Assembly (NCBI RefSeq): GCF_964355755.1
Contig: NC_092673.1
Location: 4,650,001 to 4,714,000 of the forward strand
DNA: 64,000 nt
Source: Antedon mediterranea
Taxonomy: Eukaryota; Animalia; Echinodermata
Direction of reading: 5' to 3'
Shown: positions 27,901 to 45,191 of the stretch, in pieces
Position numbering within the stretch: the stretch's first letter is position 1
Layout: each line of letters starts with the position of its first letter
Notes under the pieces: model-generated
The model's input: only the letters and a program-made list of their open reading frames with translations
Database searches by the model: none
What the model was told of the DNA's origin: nothing
Position numbers and translations under genes: made by a program

Positions 27901-30900
27901 TGGATCTCAATGGAGATACAAAAAAAAAAGCGAAAAGCTAAATAAAAACGAAAAAAATTAGCAGAGCTTTCGGGCAACACTAGCCCTTCATCAGGGCCAG
28001 TGAAATGATATTTATATATATATATATCATTCCTTATTTTAAAATTTATATAAGCTTTTTAAAAATCAATAATCATGGTCTGTTGGTATATAAATTCAGA
28101 ACAGTAAAATGTGAACGCTATTAGCAAACAAACATACATACAAATCTAGGGAACATACCCAATTATATCGACTGCTTTGGCAAGTTCCGTATCTTGTAAG
28201 ATATCTGTACTGATCTCCCATTTGTTATCGCTTGCAACCAACATTGTTTTCTCAAATCCATTCTCATTCAATGTTTTCTTGAGAAGTTTAATATACCCTT
28301 TGTTATAGATTCTCTCATTCCAAATCTGCAAATTTAAAAGGAAATTTATAAAATAAAATGAATTAATCAAATGAACACATTTTGTACAACTGGAGTTTTT
28401 AAGGTCGCCAAACTCTTGCTTAATGCTATCATTCTGTTGGTACAGTACCTGTTGCTCCCTTGAATCCCCCAAATCTAACCCTGGCCATTATCTCAAGCTT
28501 GGTGGTCTAGAGGTATGAACGCCAGGCTAGTAATCTGGAGGTTGTGGGTCTGATTTACTACGCAAGAATTACTTTAATTTTTTGCAAGTATTCTCAAATT
28601 TGTGTCAGAGTAGGGTGAATAGAAAATGTTTCTTTTATACCTACCCCAATGTAATCTATATAAAGGCCATGGTATTTCTGAGCTCCTTTCATCCACCTCA
28701 AAATGTAGTCCACAGTCATTGTGATGTTACTATAGGGTGAGCCATTACCATTTCCAATCCAGCCTGGAAATCCCCATGGAAGGCCGTAAAGCTTGATTGA
28801 TGGGTTTCTCTGCAATTGGAAAGAAATCTCAAAGATGTTATAAATTGCACTGTATTGTATTCATATACGACAAAGAGAAATACTCTAAAGCTTTGTCTAC
28901 ACTATCAAACTTTATGTGACAAAAAAAGTGTGATGTGCCCATATATGGTAGTGATATGACATCATCATGTCGATATATGGGCACATCACATTTTTTTGTC
29001 ACATAATTAAGTTTGATAATGTAGACAGAGCTTAAAACTGACCAACAATAATGATACAAATAAAGAAATGCAAGATGACAACTTATGAGAATGAAAGTCA
29101 AATTCAAATACATTCAGTATAGTTGTATAAAGCTATCATATATTATGTTTATTATTAACACACCAAAGTGTATCCTTGTGGGGGGGGGGGGGGGGGGTTA
29201 CTATTACACGGTCGTCAAGAATTTTGTTTGATTATCAACCTGTAGAATGTGTCTTACTATACTGCAAAATGTTGCTGTGTGGTGTGTTATAAACCAAATA
29301 ATTTGTATTGATTAAATTAAATGGGGATGAATATTGTTATGATGTGGAAGTCAAACAATCAATATCAAACTATCAATTGAATATTATGGGATGCAATACA
29401 ATAGTACAATGCTCATTGACACTGTAGAGTGGACCTAACCATCAAACTGCCATACATAAGGTACTCTATAACGGATTAGTGTAGGTGAAATAAATAAATC
29501 CTAGATGAGATGACAAACCTTCTTAGCTTCTTTCATCAACCACCATTCATAACCTCTTTGATAGTTCTCATCATCAGGAGAGTGCATGTGTGACGACTCC
29601 GTACCATCAGTGCTCTGGGCATCACCTCCAATCTCCACCTTCAAAATATGCAATGATGCACCAAATTGGGGCTGCACGACAACAAATAGAAAGTGGACAT
29701 TAGAAATTAATTAAAGAAAAGAAACTAAAGATAAAGACGTAATGCAATATCTTTGGTACCCAATTTAAAACTCTGCCAAACTGGGTCTAAATGAGGATAA
29801 AATAACATTATTTAGAATTATTTTTACATTTATTTAACCAAACAATTCTATGTGATTGCTGAATAAGGAATTGATAATTACAGCATAGCACTGTATGCTT
29901 GTATACAGTATGTTGTTTTAAATACATTACAGTATTCCTTTTAATAGTGGTGCTTATATTACTGCAGTGCTTATATTACTGCAGTGCTTATATTACTGCA
30001 GTGCTTATATTACTGCAGTGCTTATATTACTGCAGTGCTTATATTACTGCAGTGCTTATATTACTGCAGTGCTTATATTACTGCAGTGCTTATATTACTG
30101 CAGTGCTTATTTTACTGCAGTGCTTATTTTACTGCAGTGCTTATATTACTGCAGTGCTTATATTACTGCAGTGCTTATATTACTGCAGTGCTTATATTAC
30201 TGCAGTGCTTATTTTACTGCAGTGCTTATATTACTGCAGTGCTTGTCTCACTTATGCATTTTATTTTACTTCGCCATTTTATTGACAGTGTGGTCCTTCA
30301 TATAAAAATATACACATGGTATAAAAAATTGATAATTTTATAGACAAAAAATACAGATGAATTTTAACCTCCTACTACTGGTCAATTATTTTCATTGACT
30401 GGCTCCAGAAAGCAGAAGAAAGAAGAGACATTATAGAATAGAAGCATTAACAAAATAAAACCAAAACAAAATATGAAAATAAATAAATACCAAGAACATG
30501 TAGTCCAAAATATGGCTTCTTTCTGGTTCCGCATAGTTAACTAGAAGTCGAGAAGTAGCCTGTGGAATAAACAAAAGTGCTCAATCAATAGATTCATATT
30601 ATAATATTTGAATAATTAAATTACATACAATTTCTAGGCCTCCTATCTAAATAAATGACTATAATATTTATAGAAAAGGAGGTATTTATGCATAAAAGGG
30701 TCCTTAATGAGCACTCCTCTTAAACTCATGATTATTAAAGAGCAAACTATCGTTGGTGGTAGGCCAGGTCTGACTAGCCTGCATGCGAGTCGCCGGGTGC
30801 ACACCGGAAAATACTACCAATCTGGCCACGTATTCTTAGTCACCAGGTAGCGTACTTAAGCCTACTAAAACTTACCCCTCCGCCACTAAGCCCTCCAATT

Positions 30901-31052
30901 CCATCAAATATTCTGCCTACTCCCGATGAATCATCAATGTTATAAACACATTCACTACTTTGAATAAAACATAACACGATTATTATGCTAAAATATGAAA
31001 TAAACAACATTGACATTGTTGTTGATATCAAAGTTGCCGATTGTTTGATCAT
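15918..31052 (-). CDS. GALC: Galactocerebrosidase (GH59), complete, 14 coding exons: 30876-31052, 30491-30559, 29519-29671, 28645-28809, 28159-28325, 27382-27662, 26960-27093, 25981-26070, 25558-25647, 24844-24985, 24332-24506, 23618-23778, 16615-16691, 15918-16064; 675 aa from ATG 31052 or 663 aa from ATG 31016
   Basis: All introns are GT-AG with compatible phases; total 2028 nt. Translation shows a signal peptide, [74 protein letters not shown], acid/base motif IWNE, nucleophile motif [37 protein letters not shown] and a C-terminal FDNF. Poly(A) signal candidate at 15574-15579 (-). Confidence 0.97.
16964..17288 (+). mobile_element. tRNA-derived SINE with Deu/Nin-like central domain (DeuSINE-type), in GALC intron 12
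   Basis: tRNA-like head: GAGTGAG...CTCACTC stem, A box TGGCCGAGCGG, B box GGTTCGAGGC. Central GTCTTCTCGGATAAGGACTATAAACCGTAGGTCC...CACTTTAAAGAACC...TTTCGAGATGAGTAGGGGGTTACCCCGGTGT resembles the recalled Deu-domain consensus. (AAAC)n/(AAAAC)n tail. Confidence 0.82.
17306..17748 (+). repeat. 5' LTR (443 bp)
   Basis: TG...CA termini with 7-bp inverted ends; no difference from the 3' LTR seen by eye. Internal TATAAT (~17592) and AATAAA (~17632). Confidence 0.97.
17754..17770 (+). promoter_or_regulatory. Primer-binding site complementary to the tRNA-Pro 3' end
   Basis: TGGGGGCTCGTCCGGGA, 5 nt after the 5' LTR; equals 17 of the 18 nt of the classical tRNA-Pro PBS (TGGGGGCTCGTCCGGGAT). Confidence 0.92.
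17856..22493 (+). CDS. Gag-Pol polyprotein (capsid/SCAN-like gag, CCHC knuckle, protease, integrase, RT, RNase H); in-frame TAA at codon 21, open from 17919 to 22493
   Basis: [14 protein letters not shown] (18927-18968); protease site RDTCCAQS (19170); integrase H-H-C-C zinc motif, D 20148, D 20325, E 20433 (D-35-E) and GPY motif; [30 protein letters not shown] (21687-21698); RNase H YVDAC, EKECLA, TDHNPL, ADALSR. Confidence 0.95.
22829..22839 (+). promoter_or_regulatory. Polypurine tract of the LTR element
   Basis: AAGGGGGAGAG immediately before the TG of the 3' LTR. Confidence 0.9.
22840..23282 (+). repeat. 3' LTR (443 bp)
   Basis: Direct repeat of 17306-17748; the ORF track gives identical peptides for both LTRs on both strands. 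Confidence 0.97.
23324..23458. mobile_element. MITE family 1 (PIF/Harbinger-like), degenerate copy
   Basis: TCTGTCTACACTATCAAA...TTTGATAGTGGAGACGGAACT, with the shared internal AAATATGGTAGTGATAT motif. Confidence 0.75.
24202..24300. mobile_element. MITE family 1, internally deleted copy
   Basis: TTA|AGCTCTGTCTACACTATCAAACT...TAGTGTAGACAGATCT|TAA. Confidence 0.8.
25202..25270 (-). mobile_element. Degenerate tRNA-like SINE head or tRNA pseudogene fragment
   Basis: Minus strand TAGTCAAATGG (A box) ... GGTTCAAATCC (B box) at tRNA-like spacing; no intact cloverleaf. Confidence 0.45.
26760..26925. mobile_element. MITE family 1 copy with TTA TSD
   Basis: TTA|AGCTCTGTCTACACTATCAAA...TTTGATAGTGTAGACAAAGCT|TTA. 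Confidence 0.88.
27216..27363. mobile_element. MITE family 1 copy with TAA TSD, 18 nt from the end of GALC exon 6
   Basis: TAA|AGCTCTGGCTATACTATCAAA...TTGATAGTGTAGACAGAGCT|TAA. Confidence 0.85.
27960..28000 (-). ncRNA. Degenerate minimal type I hammerhead ribozyme motif (Penelope-like element relic)
   Basis: Minus strand ggcc-CTGATGA-A-GGGC-tagtgtt-GCCC-GAAA-GC-TC; core and stem II are intact, stem I is weak. Confidence 0.55.
28889..29032. mobile_element. MITE family 1 copy with TAA TSD, nearly fully palindromic
   Basis: TAA|AGCTTTGTCTACACTATCAAACTTTATGTGACAAAAAAAGTGTGATGTGCCCATATAT...ATATATGGGCACATCACATTTTTTTGTCACATA..AAGTTTGATAATGTAGACAGAGCT|TAA. Confidence 0.9.
29950..30245 (+). repeat. 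17-bp minisatellite (GTGCTTATATTACTGCA) x ~17 in GALC intron 2
   Basis: Near-perfect tandem array; three copies carry an A>T variant (GTGCTTATTTTACTGCA). Confidence 0.97.
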
Positions 31053-31056
31053 GTGA
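31049..31056. promoter_or_regulatory. Candidate MiT/TFE (M-box/CLEAR-like) site TCATGTGA at the GALC 5' end
   Basis: TCATGTGA lies ~33 nt upstream of the second ATG (31016) of a lysosomal hydrolase gene. Confidence 0.4.
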
Positions 31057-31804
31057 TAGCGGTGGAATCGTCAATATTATATGATCATAAAAATACAATA
31101 CAGTATAATTACGTATTGTACAATTCAAACAATCAACTGCATTTGAATTAATTAACCTTTAAAATTTACAATAATTATTATTTAATTGTTTTGTAAATTT
31201 AGTCAATCAATCAACAACAAAAAATTATTGGTTGCTAAACAATCTACAAAATATACCTGTGTAGCAAATGGTATATCCCGTACCTGGATATAAAGTGCCC
31301 GTTTTTAAAAAAGTTCTTAAATACTCGCAAGAAACCGGCTTCGGGCCTTTCATGAGTGGAGGAGGACTTGGGAATTACGATGCACAATGAAAGTACATTT
31401 CCCTATTTAGAACATAACATAAATATATCTATATAATAAATTCTCTATATAATTACGAACTGTTTTTGTGCAGTTGTTGTGTATTCGAATTGTAGGGGAA
31501 TTTTTTTTTTTTGTAGTTTATTGTAGCCCTACCATGAAGAACATTGTTTTTAACATGTTTCGCAAAGCCTATCCGTTGACATTTTTTAGAACACTAACAT
31601 TTCACATTAATGAATAAGGATATTTTAAGGTTTTAATGTTGCAATGTATCTCTGTAATCGTGCTTCTTTTATGATCCACAGTTTTAAAGTAGGTCTAAGA
31701 TATTATTTGCTTGCTTATTGATATACTAATATTGGAATGTAAATTGTTTTAACTCTTATGTTAGACCATGTATAAACATTTAAATATATGTTTCATATTC
31801 TGAT

Positions 31805-31868
31805 GTATTGTAAAGCGTTTTGCACAGTTTTATTGAAAAGGCGCTATTAGTATATAAATGTATTATTT
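31805..31868 (+). mobile_element. L2/CR1-clade LINE (or partner SINE) 3'-tail fragment
   Basis: TGTAAAGCGTTTTG...AAAAGGCGCTATTAGTATATAAATGTATTATT resembles the L2 3' stem-loop tail; similar minus-strand tails at ~25860-25930 and ~56885-57040. Confidence 0.45.
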
Positions 31869-32396
31869 TTTTTTTATTGACACAAAAAAAACTTACATAG
31901 TAATGAAGTACTGTAATACATAAATGCAACGAAAGGCTTATAGTGTAGTAAAATTCTTTAATCAAATAAAACAGTGCATGAATCCTATTATTTAAATATT
32001 GGATTTGTTATTTTCTTGTCAATTGATAATTTACTATTAGTATTAGGCTCACACATAACTAGACTTACTATGTCAGTGTTCCTCCTCTCAGTGATGTTAA
32101 GAATGAAAGTTGAATGTTAAACAGTGCCCTCTAACGGTTCAACAATCTCATCTCTGCAGAAAAGTTCATATTTTAAAAAGTCATATTTACAAAAAATTGT
32201 CTATAAGTCCTAGAATAATAATATAAAAAAAGAAATTAAATAAAGCGATATAGTAACAGAAACGATATCTTTTTTTCATTCATTACTATTATATCACCAG
32301 CCTATGAATTCTTGATATTGATAATGTGTAGGAAGAATATTGTAGGCCTATACACTATATTATATAACTACGGTACTTAGGTTATCATTATAAGGA

Positions 32397-32576
32397 ATCT
32401 GTCTACACTATCAAACTAGTTTGACAAAAAAAAGTGTGATGTACCCAAACATGGTAGTGGTATGCCTAAATATGATAGTGATATGACATCATCATTTCCA
32501 TATATGGGCACATCACATTATTTTAAATCACATAAAGTTTGATACAACTCCCTGGTTTGATACTGTGCAGAGAGCT
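32397..32576. mobile_element. MITE family 1 copy (degenerate ends)
   Basis: TCTGTCTACACTATCAAACTAGTTTGACAAAAAAAAGTGTGATG...GGGCACATCACA...GTTTGATACTGTGCAGAGAGCT. Confidence 0.8.
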
Positions 32577-35500
32577 TTCGAATTTTGTCTCTTCTTCGTG
32601 TCAGTGATGACCAGCTGACTGGGGTTCAGTTGTAGCAAAGAGAAATAATGGTTGTATAGTGATAATAATACACGTCTGCAGCGGTAGACTATAAAGCTAA
32701 ATATTAAAAAAACTAATTAAAATGGTTTGTCGGAAAGGTAAGTGAAGGTGGAACACCTCGAGCGAATTACACCAATAATTAACTCGATACTTTTAATCAT
32801 ATGATGAGAATAATGGGATTTACTATCGATTTAATGATCAAAGAGTGTGCGAAGAATAGAGGTGATTTTAAGCAGTTTTGCTTGACAAGTAAGAACAAAC
32901 TAGGCTAATAAGACCTATAGAAATTATACAGTTATTCGATTATCATTTTCAACTGTCTTTACCAGATTTAAAGCAATTAGTTCAGGCTCATTTACTTGTG
33001 TTTGATTTGGAAGTCAAGGCCAATTTTGTAGTCAATAGAAAGAAACCGTAGTTTTATTATTTTTACTGTGCTTTTCAAACACCAGACGTTTATTGTCTTG
33101 ACTGGCGTCAGTTCACAAAACAACTCGTTTGTGGAATATCTCCTAGCTTTGTTCCAAACTAGCCTAACATTTATCCCCTCAATTCAAACGCCCGCTCACA
33201 AAACAATGCTTAGATTGTGTTGCGGAATTTTCTTTACAAAAATTGAATTCCATAGACCTTCTAAAAATTATCTTCCAAATTATGGTTATTCACTTAAAAT
33301 TCGTTTATTGTTCTCTGTGGATCTAGCCAGCCGAACGTCTCCATCGAAACACAATAGACAGAAGACAAATTGCATGGATTTATTTAAACGCAAAAATAAT
33401 TTTCCATGGATAAAAACAAGTCAATCAAATCAAAATCATATTATCTGTTTTCTACCCAGCTGCTTGCAAAGTCATCAGGGAAAACGTCTTCTATAAAAGA
33501 AAATTATCAAAAAAAAATATAAGATCATGATTTTTTGATTCAAACAGAAGTATTCTTTAGTAAATAATTAAGTTGTGTATGGATTTTTTTTAAATACTAA
33601 TTTGTAATCACTGGTATTGGGTGAAGCAAATGTTTCGAGGTGTTTAAGAACTATTATATTAAAATAGCGTAATACAGTAATATGGGTATATCAGTTTGAA
33701 AAATTCTAGTATAATTGAGGTAGAATTTATTAATTTGGTGAGTTAGGACTTGTGTATTTCATTTCATTTACTTTTATTTCGGAAACGGACGTCCATGTTA
33801 CAAAATCAATTGCATAAATAAGTTTAAATAAAAAAGGCAGACAAAAAAAACAAACAAAAAAACAAACAAAAACACCGGTATGGTATCATCTTAGGATCTT
33901 CATCATTTTTTTATGGAGCCTGAATGATTCAAATGATGATATTGAAAGAATAAAATTGGCGAAAATACTATTCTTGATAAAAGTGAATGCAAATGAAGAG
34001 ATTAAAAAAATTTCGGTATGGAATGTTTTGCTTGTTTAATGTGTGTGTCATTCCTATTATTATTTTTTAAAAGTCAAATCTCCACACCAACAGCGAGTCA
34101 TCACCATAGGCGTATACGTTATAAAATTATTTTTAAAATAATCGTGTTCTTCCTCATTAATTTGTTATAACATCAACAATGTTTCTCCATGAAAACATGT
34201 ATTTCAATCTAATCCTTTTCTGTTTTCTTTAAGAAGTGTCCTATTCAACAACATTATTTAGTCACGTATATATTAACCTTGGGAATAGACCACATTGGAA
34301 TTTACGAACATAGTTTAAGCATGGTTTAAGCAGTAGAGTAATTAATTGGAAATTTATAACTATATCGTCTGGGGTTTTGATGGAAATTTTTAAACAGAAG
34401 GCCAATCGCTTGTGGTTTCCTCCTCTTAGTATATACACCATAATTGATAATACAAGTGTTAGCGTATGAATAACCATAATATGATTAATTTTCAATAAGA
34501 AAATTAAACCTCTAATCTTATCTTTCGTCAAATTACATTGTCATTTTGCTGTCTAATAAAGTAATAATTTATTGTTCAATTATAAATGCATTGATCATGT
34601 TAATATAGGCCTAGACCTAAACCCAACAAGTCTCCTGTTTTCATGATTAGGGCCTATACATTACAGTACAGTTTTTAATTTTTATTAAGGGCCAATATTA
34701 ATCACCGTGGCAGACCCATATTTGATTTATACTTTTTTTTATGAGAACTTGTAAATGTTATTAATTTTAAATTATCATTTAAACAAATAGCATAGGCATT
34801 TTTTAAAAGTTAATATTACAAAAAAAAAATGATTTAAATAAATAATTATTATAAAGATATTAATAATAGTAATATTTAGAACTGTTAACCTCACAATTAT
34901 TTATTATATATTTATAAATTAGGTCTATTAAATCATTTCATATTTTCAAGAATAAAGTCGTCAAATACATGAGAATCATCACGAAGCGTCGTCCGTTTGT
35001 CGCTGTCATATAGTGTTATATAGAGTTTATAATAAGAATTCAATATTAGCATGTTTAGCGAGTGCTTATACTCCGCCGGCCAACTATGAATTATTCAAAA
35101 CCATACACGGCAATACATCGTAGATTCTGAAAATGGTCATATAATTGGTTAAGTAATGACAGTTGATAAGTCTATCATATGTGTTTCTTTTTTGCAAGTA
35201 GCGGAGGTAAATCATAGTAAATCAACGAAAATGGACTTTAAAATTCATGAGACTGAAATAACGACTTTGCTAACATCTCGATTAAGAAGTAATTTGGAAA
35301 GTACATGACGATAAATCATCTAATTTGGTTGTGACAATGAGCTACCCATAAGGGCTTATGTGAAGTCGATTACTAGTTCGTTGAGACGATATACCTTACG
35401 GCATTATAAGCCATAAAATAATATTGAGTTCGGTTGCGAGAGTTGTTTTAAAACATCGGTGGCAAAAAAACGGAAACGTTTACACACAAAAAAGCGTAAC

Positions 35501-38500
35501 TGCAAACAAAAATAAAATATTAATGATATTCAGTGATTATACTTGACGTTGGATTTGAAATTGTAGCTTTGTCTATTATTAGGCATAATGAAAGCTTCAT
35601 TTGCTTCGCGCAATTTACAAAATGTTTCCGCGGGCTATTCGTACTAACTTATTGTCCGGTTATAACTACGCTTTATATTCTTCATCGTTCCTTTATTAGG
35701 TAGACTTCGTCATCGCTATCAATTACAATTATCATATTAAATTATTGACTAAATTATCTGATAATAATGAGTTACTTACGGTATCGTGCCTTAGAAGTAT
35801 TGCATTCGATTATTATACGCGATTACGTCAACTAATGTTGATCCTTTTAGAATACATTAATGTTGAAATAGAGACTTTTTAATGGTGACATTTATATTGT
35901 ATATAAAAGGCTCAGCTACTTCGATAGCTATTATTTATAAATATAAAACTATATATAACATAACAATTAGCCTATGGTATAAATATATAGGCCTATCTAT
36001 ATTAAGAGAAAAACTGGGCAGTTTACTGAAGTTAATAGATATATAGAAAAAAAGCCATAGTATGTTTTGTAACTTTTAAAGTTTATTATTTTCTATTAAT
36101 TTGTAATGTAATTTATATTGTTTTATGAAATGAAATACAGGAAATAAATAAAATTTGTAAAAAAATAAATAAACAAGAATATTAAGGTTGAGAAAATAAA
36201 GACAAATGATGTTAATGCTAATAGTAAATCCCCTCAAATAAAAAAAAAAATTAATAAAAAAAAGATTCAAATCCGGGACATAAAACTAACAAATTCTGGC
36301 TATTAACACATTGGAATTCGAAGGCATGTTGTAATATCTTGCAAAGAAATACTACCAAATATATCTAGACTTGACGACCCCTGGATGCGCCTAGCTGAAT
36401 GTCTAGCTCAGGGGAATTCAAGTCTCCGCGTTTCGTCGCTTTCTACCTCAGCCGTCACCCACTTGTTTTCCCACAATTATCATGACAGGACGAGTTAGCG
36501 CATCCGATAAATTGTCCCGCAAAGGGTTACGAAAGTACTAGAGGTAATTGCGCCGCAAACGTTTACAAAGTACTACATAAGTGGTACCGTATCGTTTTAA
36601 TTGCTTTAGGAGGAGATGAATAGCGCTAAAGAAACAGATATATTTAACGAAGAGTTTAACAGAAGGTCAAGTCATTGTACTCGTTCATGTTAACTACCAC
36701 GAACATACCAAAACACTAGTCCCCACTTAATTTCTTTTTAATCCCTTAATTTTTTGAAAGCCGATTGGCGCTAGACGGCTCACACACATCTTATGGTGGC
36801 CGGCTCCAGTTTATCTAAAATCGCAACCAAGTTTTTTCACAAAGTCCAGACATAAAAATATAAATAAAACTTTTTACCGGAGCATCTGTCCAATATCATC
36901 ACCTAAAATTTAAGTTGACTCCAGCTGACGTATATTTCTCCAGAAATCATAACTCTTCGGACGCGTACAGGGAATAATGTGTATTCTATGCTCCCATTCT
37001 GTTCTTGATCGGTGCAAAAAAAGGGTATAAAAATTGTTGGCGCCACGTTCACCTTTAGTGAACCTGGCAGAGAGCGTAAAATCGCCAGCAATTTGCTAAA
37101 ATTATGTTACAAAAACAATTTATGGATTTGACGTAGGTCTAAAAATGAAAACCGCACATGATTTGCGAACCTACCATGTATCCAACAGGGATATTAAAAT
37201 GTGTATATTACTTTATGTGTATAATAAACTTTATACTTTTTATAAATTTAAATACAAAATTTGAATCATTCTTATGGATGATTTTTTATATATTTCTTTA
37301 TTCTGATATAATAATAATAATAATAATAATTCTGATAAAAACACAATAAGGTACCGAGACGGCAAACTTATTTCCATTGTGCCTGAATGAATTAAACATT
37401 TCTTTCGATTTCTAATTTAAAGAAATATGTTTTGTTGGTATAGGCCTAGGCCTAAAAACATTTAATTGAATAATTTGTATTGTACAACAAGAATAGAGAA
37501 AACTAATCTTGCAGCGTTAAACAATAAAATCGTCAATTATACATTACGTAATTTGTGTAACAGGCCTAATTCGGCCGCAGACAATCCTCCGTAAATCATC
37601 AAATTTGTGTAAGGGTTTATTTTGTCTTAAAATAACTACGAGCCGGGTTGGCGAGGGTTTATTAATGTGTTCTTGTTTTCATACCTCGTCTAGATAATTA
37701 ACACAAGGTGAGGCTGGCTTTTATTTCTTTTATTTGGGTAATTTAGGTAATCAAATTAATGACATTTAACCCACGTTAATTAGTAAGAAAGGAGACTGAA
37801 GCCCACCCCGCTAACTGCAAGTCTCAGCGCCAAGAAATATAGCATTGAATGAATGAAGATGAAATTGTGTAGGCTGTGATGAAGATAATGTTGGGAATTA
37901 ATGGTCTTCAAATAAAAAATGCGTTAAACCAAATATGTAAGTAAAAGACAAGATAACATTACACACGTCGTCAGGTGTTGCGGATATTTAAATTGTTGTC
38001 TATGTAGGATTCATTTTCACGGCAACCATTGAAAGGTTTTATCCAATTACTTGCAAACGATTACCCACTACAGACAGCGCCGGCCAATTACTGTTCTCGT
38101 CAAAGACTGACAATTCTTCAATTTTTTAAAGTTTTCTTCTTTTTCATTGTCGGATCATCCTTAAAAGAAGTCCGAATGTATACATCTGAAACATAGCCTT
38201 AATATAATGTTGCCGTAACGAAATAACTAATTTGAAAACAGATTCGGTTACCTTTGCAACCCTGATGAACAACCGAAATAAAACTTTATTTGGGAGAATG
38301 AAAGAAGTCGTACTGCGTGTTTTCAATATTATATTAGGGATAGGACGGCTGTTGAATTCGCAAGGGTGATGTAGAATTCCTTTTTATTCTTAGTAGGGGG
38401 AATCATTTCATATTCAACACCGACTGTTGTCTTTGATGTTACCGTTGCTGGCGCCTTCATACAGAGTTGGTCGTCTGCTGCCGTAGATCGGTGACAAATA

Positions 38501-39203
38501 GTGACAGATTGTTTGTCCTCGCAATTAGCCTAGGCATGGTTTAGAGGTAATTGATAGGTCTTTAGGGAGTGAACTTGTACTGAAAGATTTCTCTTCCGGG
38601 TTTGTTCAGAACATTTTTATACGAGATATTTCGATTTCGATACAGTTAATTTGATAGTAATGCGCTCCGAAATTCTTGTTATGGAAACGAAATCTATCCG
38701 TCTCGGAAACCGTGAGTTACATTTTGAAGTTTCCACGCTTTTGGTAGCAGAGTATAATTACGTTTAGATTGCCTCTACCAATAATACCGTTTTTATTAGA
38801 TTAGCCATTCACTCAATGCCGTCTACAGTGAATACCTACGAAATTAGATAACTTGCCCCTAAATTTATTGTTGGTACATAAAATTACTAATGCCCAATCT
38901 TGCTCGAAATCCGTCCCTTGAGTGCAACGTCATCCTTTCGACGTGTTTGATTGGTGTCCTCGAATAAAAAAGTGGTTAGTAGGCGTAACGAATAATTATC
39001 CGAGTTGGTGTCTACCGTGTATACTGTGATGTAAAGACAGCGGTCGCATGGTTGTTGATAGAGTCAAAATCATAACTCAGTCGACTGCACACAAACTGTT
39101 TACAGTAACAAGTATCAGTACTACTTAGTTACTCAATAGTTTTTGTTTTGTAAACTTGTATATTCTTTCACCGTTGACCCAATCGTGGTCATACAATTTC
39201 GAC

Positions 39204-45191
<5,988 letters not shown>

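Noticed and set aside
28496-28560. tRNA-like segment (TGGTCTAGAGG A box)
   Set aside because: B box is degenerate (GGTCTGATT); at most a decayed SINE head, too weak to call.
29179-29197. Poly-G runs (also 2396-2412) as G-quadruplex elements
   Set aside because: Simple homopolymers of unreliable length, with no supporting context.
29899-30343. Cys/Tyr-rich ORFs ([17 protein letters not shown])
   Set aside because: Three-frame read-through of a 17-bp minisatellite on the antisense strand of a GALC intron.
31320-31360. Third hammerhead-like string (minus strand CTCATGAAAGGCCCGAAGCCGGTT)
   Set aside because: Both core boxes are mutated and stem II is too short; could be chance.
33068-33496. 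142-aa ORF and other short ORFs at 31.7-38 kb and 46-64 kb
   Set aside because: Often non-ATG starts, AT-driven composition, no recognisable domain or consistent exon chain.
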